Shown here: positions 58,478 to 64,000 of the stretch, piece by piece
Position numbering within the stretch: position 1 is the first letter of the stretch
Layout of the letters: every line of letters starts with the position of its first letter
Source of the DNA: an uncultured Pseudomonadota bacterium
Lineage (GTDB): Bacteria; UBA10199; JADFYH01
Reading direction: 5' to 3'
DNA length: 64,000 bases
Assembly: GCA_964384365.1 (NCBI GenBank)
Contig: CAYLKF010000002.1
Span: forward strand, 98,840-162,839
Notes under the pieces: generated by a model
What the model saw: only the letters and a program-made list of their open reading frames with translations
What the model was told of the DNA's origin: nothing
The model's database searches: none
Position numbers and translations under genes: made by a program

Positions 58478-58492
58478 TCCGCCTCAGGCGGA
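58478..58492. promoter_or_regulatory. 15-nt palindrome TCCGCCTCAGGCGGA in divergent promoter region
   Basis: Second copy of the 44116-44130 palindrome with matching flanks (cTCCGCCTnAGGCGGAc). Confidence 0.4.
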
Positions 58493-58606
58493 CGGGAATG
58501 ACACAAATTCTGGACCCTATTCAATAATAAGGGTCAATTCAACGGCTTTTTCATTTTGAGAAAAACGCAAAATAAGCTAGCGCTCTAGCCTTATCGAGGA
58601 GGGTTT

Positions 58607-59533
58607 ATGTCACTTCCCATTGGAAAAGCCACAGCCATTACCTTTAAAACAATTCCCTACATTTTTTTGCGTTTCTTTGTTTATTTTTTGTTTGGTTTAG
58701 GAATTTTGTTTTATGGCCTTTTTGTCTATTGGATTGGGCAGGCTGCGGCCCACCTTCACGAAAATGCACGCGTGATCGTTTGGATTTTAGGCTTTATCCT
58801 TTCTTTCCCAATTACCCGCTTGCTCCGAGAATATGTCATTTACATCATTAAGGCTGGGCATGTGGCAGTGATTACCGAGCTTGCTACCGTGGGGCGTTTG
58901 CCCGAAGGGCAGAGTCAAATTAGCTGGGGGAAAGATCAAGTTACAAAAACCTTTAAAGAAGTTTCGGTTTTATTTGTAATGGATCGTCTCGTGGTGGGGG
59001 TGATTCGAAGTATTAATGCCATGATGCAGCGGGTGGGTAGCATGTTTTCTGCCATTCCCGGTATGGAGACGATTGCGAAATTTGCAGGATTAGTTTTGCG
59101 TTTTTCACTCACGTATGTCGATGAAGCGATCTTGGCCCGAAATTTTAAAATGAAAAATGAATCGGTTTGGGAATCGGCCAAAAAAGGTTTGGTGCTTTAT
59201 GCGCAGAGTTGGCAAGAAATTTTAAAGACGGCTCTTTTTTTAGGGGCTGTTGCTTTTTTCTCTTATGTTTTTTTGGTGATTTTATTTTTGATTCCTCTTT
59301 GGGGTATTTCAACGGCGTATCCGCATTATCAGTGGGTATTTATTTTGGCGGCCTTTGTTTTTGCAGGCGTCTTAAAGCTCGCTTTTTTTGATCCTTGGGC
59401 AATGACGATTTTAATTTTGACCTATTTAGAAGCGACCGAAGGAAAGATTGCAGACCCCGCTTGGGAAGAAAAACTTCAAGGCCTGTCTTCTTCTTTTCAA
59501 AAAATTCGAGATCGAGCGTTGCAAAGTTCTTAA
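58607..59533 (+). CDS. Integral membrane protein, hypothetical
   Basis: 308 aa with about 6 TM helices. Confidence 0.5.
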   Translation: MSLPIGKATAITFKTIPYIFLRFFVYFLFGLGILFYGLFVYWIGQAAAHLHENARVIVWILGFILSFPITRLLREYVIYIIKAGHVAVITELATVGRLPEGQSQISWGKDQVTKTFKEVSVLFVMDRLVVGVIRSINAMMQRVGSMFSAIPGMETIAKFAGLVLRFSLTYVDEAILARNFKMKNESVWESAKKGLVLYAQSWQEILKTALFLGAVAFFSYVFLVILFLIPLWGISTAYPHYQWVFILAAFVFAGVLKLAFFDPWAMTILILTYLEATEGKIADPAWEEKLQGLSSSFQKIRDRALQSS

Positions 59534-59544
59534 TTTTTTTAATG

Positions 59545-59625
59545 AACCCCTCACCCTACCCCTGGTTCGACAGGCTCACCACGCCGTCTCCCCAGAGGGG
59601 AGAGGGTGAAGGGGAAAGGTATGTC
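59545..59625. repeat. Palindromic repeat element upstream of the Kir channel gene
   Basis: cccctcaccctacccc ... tctcccc-aga-ggggaga-gggtgaagggg; related to the cctcaccc/ccctctcc family. Confidence 0.55.
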
Positions 59626-60487
59626 TCAACGTTTACTCAATCCCGATGGCAGTTTTAATATTTACCATAAAAAGCGCCCCGGGCTTGTGTTTTCTGATTT
59701 ATATCATTTTCTTCTTTCTCTTTCGTGGCCCCGCCTCATTTTGGTTTTGGTGGGTGTTTTTTTGATTACCCATTTTTTCTTTGCTTCTCTGTATTATCTT
59801 TGTGGGCCTTCGAGCTTGCAAGGTTTGGGCGCAGAGCAGGGCCTAGGTTTTTATCTCGATTGTTTTTTCTTTAGTGTGCAAACCTTGGCCACCATTGGTT
59901 ATGGCCATATTGCCCCGCGCGGTTTTTGGCCCAATATACTGGTTACTTTCGAATCGTTTTTAGGGCTTTTTGGCCTCGCACTCATGACAGGGCTCCTCTT
60001 TGCCCGTTTTTCGAGGCCTAATTCGCGCGTGATTTTTAGCCGCGTGGCCTTAATGACCCATTATCAAAATCAACCCGCTTGGATGTTTCGAATTGCCAAC
60101 GAACGCATGAATCAAATCATCGAGGCAAAAGTTTCGGTGATTGTGGTGAAAGATGAAGCAGCCGAAGATGGAAAAGTTTTCCGCAAAGTCTATAATATGA
60201 AGCTCCTTCGGGAAACCACGCCCATTTTTGCATTGAGCTGGACGGTGGTGCATCCCATTACTCCCGATAGCCCCATTTACGGATTAAATGCAGAAGATTT
60301 CGAAAAAGGCAGCGCCGAGATTTTTGTTTCGGTTACCGGAATCGATGAAGTTTTTTCACAAACCATCCATGCGCGTTATTCTTATGCGGGCAGCGATATT
60401 CTGTGGAATAAACAATTTAAAGATGTGCTGATTCCTTCTGAGCGCGGCATTGAGGTGGATCTCGATCCGTTTCATGAGGTGGAGTAA
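59606..60487 (+). CDS. Prokaryotic inward-rectifier K+ channel (KirBac family)
   Basis: Selectivity filter TIGYGH, two-TM pore architecture (slide helix, M1, pore helix, M2) and cytoplasmic Ig-like C-terminal domain. Confidence 0.8.
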   Translation: MKGKGMSQRLLNPDGSFNIYHKKRPGLVFSDLYHFLLSLSWPRLILVLVGVFLITHFFFASLYYLCGPSSLQGLGAEQGLGFYLDCFFFSVQTLATIGYGHIAPRGFWPNILVTFESFLGLFGLALMTGLLFARFSRPNSRVIFSRVALMTHYQNQPAWMFRIANERMNQIIEAKVSVIVVKDEAAEDGKVFRKVYNMKLLRETTPIFALSWTVVHPITPDSPIYGLNAEDFEKGSAEIFVSVTGIDEVFSQTIHARYSYAGSDILWNKQFKDVLIPSERGIEVDLDPFHEVE

Positions 60488-60488
60488 T

Positions 60489-60761
60489 CTAATTCTTTAA
60501 GGAATTGGTAAACTCTTCATAAATTGTTTTTCGCAGACCTAGCGTGTGAATGTAAATTTTTTTGGAAGAATTTTCAACTTTGTAAAGTACGCGATGCTTT
60601 TTGACACGAAGAGAATAAAAACCAACTAACTCGCGTTGAAGAGCCTTACCTGCCCAAGGATTCTCTTTTAAAGATTCAACAGCCAATTTTAAAGCAGATT
60701 TTATGGAAGGATGAAGTTTAGAGATTCGAGTCTTTGCTTCTTTGGAATAGACCAAGGTCAT
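60489..60761 (-). CDS. parE: RelE/ParE-family toxin
   Basis: 90 aa; 4-nt overlap with the upstream Phd/YefM antitoxin gene; conserved C-terminal pattern typical of RelE/ParE. Confidence 0.6.
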   Translation of the reverse strand: MTLVYSKEAKTRISKLHPSIKSALKLAVESLKENPWAGKALQRELVGFYSLRVKKHRVLYKVENSSKKIYIHTLGLRKTIYEEFTNSLKN

Positions 60762-61027
60762 TCGCCGAAGACCTCTTTATGAGTGAAGGTGCGGCCTGCT
60801 TTAAAATCTTCCGAAGATTTTTTTAGACTCTTGATTAGATTTTGGTCACTTAAAATCTCTAAAGTTTCGATTAAACCTTCGTATTCTTCGCTACTGAGCA
60901 AGACTCCTGCTGCAAATCCATCTTTTGTAATAATCAAAGGATCTCTTTCGTTCTGAACCCTTTTTAAGAGTTTCATCAGATTTTTTTTTACGGTGGTAAC
61001 GGGTAAAATGTTCTTAGAGGGTATCAT
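60758..61027 (-). CDS. Phd/YefM-family antitoxin
   Basis: 89 aa; N-terminal VTTVKKNLMKLLKRVQNERDPLIITKDG matches the Phd/YefM fold. Confidence 0.65.
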   Translation of the reverse strand: MIPSKNILPVTTVKKNLMKLLKRVQNERDPLIITKDGFAAGVLLSSEEYEGLIETLEILSDQNLIKSLKKSSEDFKAGRTFTHKEVFGE

Positions 61028-61092
61028 AAAGGCTCCTTTTAAAAGCCCTTTAAAGATACCTTTATTGATATCAAGAGGTCAAGAGGCTTTAA

Positions 61093-62148
61093 TTACGGAA
61101 GTTTAGGCTCGGCAATCGTAGGATAAGGGCTCCCGTTCAAGGCTTTCATAAAATTCACCAGATCGGTTTTTTCTTGAGGCGTTAAATTAAGCTTTCGCAC
61201 GAGAGGATCTAACTGCGGATTCGCTTCTCCCCCTTGATCGTAAAATTCAATCACTTCTTCGAGAGTTTTTTGAGAACCATCGTGCATGTAAGGGGCACGC
61301 AAGGCTACATCGCGGAGGCCCGGGGTTTTGAAAGCGCCTTTATCTTTTTCTTGTTTGGTTTGGGTGTAGCGGCCGAGATCGGGATTAGGCTTATTCATTC
61401 CCACGCCTAAGTTGTGAAATTGGCTATCCGAAAAAGTGGGGCCGTTGTGGCAAGTGACGCACATCGCTTTGCCAAAGAATAAATCTTTTCCGCGTTTTTC
61501 CGATTCATTCAAAGCATTTTGATTTCCCGCCACAAACTGATCATACTTTGAATTTCCGGAAAGCACCGTGCGTTCAAAACTTCCAATCGCTTGGGCAATA
61601 TTTTCTTTATTGGGCGGTGCACCAAATGCCTTTTGAAATAAGTCGACATAGGCGGGGATTTTTCGAATGCGTTCAACCACCACATCGTGATTGGGGTTTC
61701 CCATTTCGATTGGATTAATCATGGGGCCTAAGGCTTGTTCCTCTAGATTTTTTGCGCGGCCATCCCAAAACTGAGAAATGAAATAGGTAGAATTGATAAC
61801 GCTAGGAGCCCGGCGCGTGCCTTTTTGGCCTTTGATTCCAGTGGAGACGGGGCCTTCGTCGCTCCAACCCGTTTTGGGATTATGGCAAGTGGCGCAAGAA
61901 ACGGTGCCATCGAGCGAAATGCGTTTATCGAAATAAAGTAAATGACCGAGCATGACCTTCTCAGGCGTGAGCGGATTTTCTGCCGGAATTTTCAAATCTT
62001 CGGAGAGCCCGAGAGGCACCTTAATGAAAGGGGCATCTTTGGCGGGTTTGCCTTGAGCCGTTTCAGAATGAGCGAGGGTGTTCGAGGGATTGGGTTTGCT
62101 GCAAGCAGTGAGAGAAAGTATAAGACATGCTAAGACAAGTTTTTTCAT
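61093..62148 (-). CDS. ccp: Di-haem cytochrome c peroxidase (CCP/MauG family), lipoprotein-type signal
   Basis: Two CxxCH haem-binding motifs (CATCHNP, CVTCHNGPTFSD); signal peptide with lipobox-like LTAC. Confidence 0.85.
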   Translation of the reverse strand: MKKLVLACLILSLTACSKPNPSNTLAHSETAQGKPAKDAPFIKVPLGLSEDLKIPAENPLTPEKVMLGHLLYFDKRISLDGTVSCATCHNPKTGWSDEGPVSTGIKGQKGTRRAPSVINSTYFISQFWDGRAKNLEEQALGPMINPIEMGNPNHDVVVERIRKIPAYVDLFQKAFGAPPNKENIAQAIGSFERTVLSGNSKYDQFVAGNQNALNESEKRGKDLFFGKAMCVTCHNGPTFSDSQFHNLGVGMNKPNPDLGRYTQTKQEKDKGAFKTPGLRDVALRAPYMHDGSQKTLEEVIEFYDQGGEANPQLDPLVRKLNLTPQEKTDLVNFMKALNGSPYPTIAEPKLP

Positions 62149-62162
62149 AGGAGTTTTCGTAT

Positions 62163-62570
62163 TTAAATTGTTTCTATTTTTAAAGCAGAAGCCAATTTCT
62201 TAAGCTTTTTATCCAGTGTCCAAAGAGACACTTTGTTCTTTAATGCCACTAAAATCAGAATGCGATCAATTACACCCGGTATTCCCAAAGATTCTTTACG
62301 CGCTTTTCTTCCAAGTTCAATTAAATCTTCCCAAAAACTCTCTTCTTCCCACTTGGGGTCGAGGTGAGAGAGCGTTGCAAAAATACTTCGAACTTCTTTT
62401 TCAAGAGAAGAGGAAAGTTGACCGGGCAAGAGTTCTGCTTCGATGGCTCGAATAATCGAGACTCGGTCTTCGAGAATAAGTGAATCTAAGAGTTGAAAAG
62501 ATTCTGGGGAAAGTTTGGAGGGTGAACGAAAGTATTCAATCCAAACGGACGTATCAACCAATACCTTCAT
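62163..62570 (-). CDS. vapC: PIN-domain VapC toxin
   Basis: MKVLVDTSVWIEYF N-terminal PIN acidic motif; 4-nt overlap with the upstream antitoxin. Confidence 0.75.
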   Translation of the reverse strand: MKVLVDTSVWIEYFRSPSKLSPESFQLLDSLILEDRVSIIRAIEAELLPGQLSSSLEKEVRSIFATLSHLDPKWEEESFWEDLIELGRKARKESLGIPGVIDRILILVALKNKVSLWTLDKKLKKLASALKIETI

Positions 62571-62767
62571 CTTTTTCTCATTTCCTTGAGCTGGCTCTGA
62601 GTGAGTTTAAAGATATTGGATTTCTTGAGTTCTACGAGGCGACGTAGTTTTTTCTTTCGAATGAGTTCTTTTAATCCGAGTACGACGGCATCCGTTTGAG
62701 TGGAAGCACCACTCGCCTTGATGGCTTCATTCAGTAAGTCTTTCGGAAGATTCATGGAGGTACGCAC
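62567..62767 (-). CDS. vapB: VapB-type antitoxin (ribbon-helix-helix-like)
   Basis: 66 aa, immediately upstream of and overlapping vapC. Confidence 0.55.
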   Translation of the reverse strand: MRTSMNLPKDLLNEAIKASGASTQTDAVVLGLKELIRKKKLRRLVELKKSNIFKLTQSQLKEMRKR

Positions 62768-62870
62768 GATGAAATAATATATGCATGAATCACTAAAAAC
62801 AAGACATATTTATTTATTGAAAAATATGCTTACTTTAAAAGGCACCTGCCTCAAACAGATGCCTTTAATA

Positions 62871-63977
62871 TTATTCCACGTTAAACTCTGTCACTTCGCC
62901 TGTTTCACTAGGCGCAGGGTTAGCAAGAGTAGGTACAAGATTAAGAGTGCTAGGGGTGTTGAGTTGCCGCAAAAGGTCTCTCACTCCCCGATCGCCCTCA
63001 CGGGCGGGGCGAGTTACGCTTCTTCCGTTTACAGTTTCTGAAACGGTTGCCTGCAGCACCACAATTCTAACGCGATTTGTGGTGCCGGGTTCATAATGAA
63101 TGCCAATACGGGCACTCATAAGCCCTGAGCCGGGGGTGTGGATGATCCGTCCAATTTCGCCATGAAGTGGAGCGAGAGCACCACCATTAAAATTGGAGAT
63201 CTGTCTGCCCATGGCTGTTGCAGCACTATTGGCGCCAAGGTTTTGGTTCAAAGAAGGGGGAAGTTGTCCCGCACTTCGGAGAGTTACATTTGCAGGACCG
63301 CCTCCTCCTACTACTGCGCCCGTTCCTCCCACGTCGATACGACCCTGAGCATCTCGTCTTGGTTCAGGAGAAGATGAGCCGAATCCCCCGAGATTGACTG
63401 CTGCAGTGTTTCTCTGAATGGAAGAAGCTGCTACTCCAGATGACTGCGCGTTTGGGTCTGCCGGTGGCGCAGGCGCTACTGCCTGAGGTCGAACCGGTTG
63501 AGGTGCTTCGGGAGCGGGTGGTGAAGGTGGTTGAGGCGCTGGTGCCTGCGGTGCAGGGTTTGCAGCTCGCACTTCTGAAGTTACATTTGGAAAAGCCTGA
63601 CGAAGAAAACCCATCCAAGGTCTCCCCAAGCTTTCAAAAACGCCTTGTGCACTTGCGGGCGCACGATTTGCACCTTGAATTCGAGCGGTTTCCGCTTGCC
63701 GAAATAATCGTTCGGCGTTTGCTAATAATCTACGAGAAGGGGAGCCTGAATGGGCATAAGCCTGTGCTAAAGTTGCAGCGGCTTGATGACTCAAACTAAG
63801 AGCGCGCCTCAGAGTGGGTTGTAGAGTAGGGGCTTGAATTCCTACGATTGCTTGTTCAGCACCAAGGCTAGTTTGTAGAAGAGAGCTTCTCAGTGAGGCT
63901 AATTCACGAGTAGATAAAGTTGGTCCCGTATCGGAATAATCTTCTCCCGGAGCAAGATCTGTATCAATATCTCCCAA
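62871..63977 (-). CDS. GC-rich Pro/Ala/Gly-rich hypothetical protein (possibly extends beyond window end)
   Basis: Long ORF with locally elevated GC (about 60% vs about 44% background); PAPQPPSPPAPEAPQPVRPQAVAPAPP low-complexity core; no signal peptide. Confidence 0.5.
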   Translation of the reverse strand: MGDIDTDLAPGEDYSDTGPTLSTRELASLRSSLLQTSLGAEQAIVGIQAPTLQPTLRRALSLSHQAAATLAQAYAHSGSPSRRLLANAERLFRQAETARIQGANRAPASAQGVFESLGRPWMGFLRQAFPNVTSEVRAANPAPQAPAPQPPSPPAPEAPQPVRPQAVAPAPPADPNAQSSGVAASSIQRNTAAVNLGGFGSSSPEPRRDAQGRIDVGGTGAVVGGGGPANVTLRSAGQLPPSLNQNLGANSAATAMGRQISNFNGGALAPLHGEIGRIIHTPGSGLMSARIGIHYEPGTTNRVRIVVLQATVSETVNGRSVTRPAREGDRGVRDLLRQLNTPSTLNLVPTLANPAPSETGEVTEFNVE

Positions 63978-64000
63978 GCCGTCGGCTCGATCCGGTTGAG

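Noticed and set aside
44081-58500. Shared GGAATGAC octamer near both copies of the TCCGCC...GGCGGA palindrome
   Set aside because: It sits on opposite sides and at different distances in the two loci; an 8-mer match at this spacing is within chance expectation.
59555-59575. tRNA T-arm-like GGTTCGACAGG string
   Set aside because: It is part of the palindromic repeat element. No acceptor stem, anticodon arm or CCA context could be built around it, and no other tRNA- or rRNA-like segment was found in the window.

Overview
This is a bacterial chromosomal segment of roughly 44% GC, with about 65 supported genes and no rRNA, tRNA or CRISPR array that I can see. The gene content suggests a free-living or host-associated Gram-negative with an outer membrane: AsmA-like protein, an outer-membrane beta-barrel protein, lytic transglycosylase, KirBac channel, many toxin-antitoxin pairs. 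A PVC/Chlamydiae-like lineage is possible but unproven.

Housekeeping and metabolic blocks:
- queE and a dGTPase-like HD hydrolase.
- A cysC-cysH-cysQ sulfate-activation operon.
- A six-gene operon behind a SAM-I riboswitch: ThrC-like PLP enzyme, cysteine-synthase-like enzyme, JAMM protease and a ThiS/CysO-like sulfur carrier. This fits protein-thiocarboxylate-dependent homocysteine/cysteine synthesis.
- An acyl-CoA module: acyl-CoA dehydrogenase, tandem-hotdog MaoC dehydratase, PaaI thioesterases, crotonyl-CoA carboxylase/reductase, two B12-type acyl-CoA mutases, and an AMP-dependent acyl-CoA synthetase.
- Redox defence genes (bacterioferritin, Bcp peroxiredoxin, di-haem cytochrome c peroxidase), HPF, TerC, a two-component system, and HicAB, ParE/Phd and VapBC pairs.

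Most notable findings:
1. A 1328-aa single-module NRPS-like enzyme built like epsilon-poly-L-lysine synthetase (Pls): adenylation domain, thiolation domain, then three tandem soluble repeats each flanked by transmembrane pairs. It is translationally coupled to a small membrane protein and convergent with a membrane-anchored HExxH metalloprotease. This looks like a homopoly(amino acid) synthesis/turnover locus outside its usual actinomycete context.
2. A family of short GC-rich palindromic repeats (about 20-45 nt hairpins of the form CCCTCC(T)TT-tgta/acaa-AAGGAGGG) occurs at least 9 times. Four copies sit in-frame inside the acyl-CoA synthetase gene, similar to Rickettsia palindromic elements.
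3. A second small palindrome, TCCGCCTnAGGCGGA, is shared by two divergent promoter regions.
4. A GC-rich, Pro/Ala-rich gene at the 3' edge lies next to the toxin-antitoxin cluster and looks horizontally acquired.
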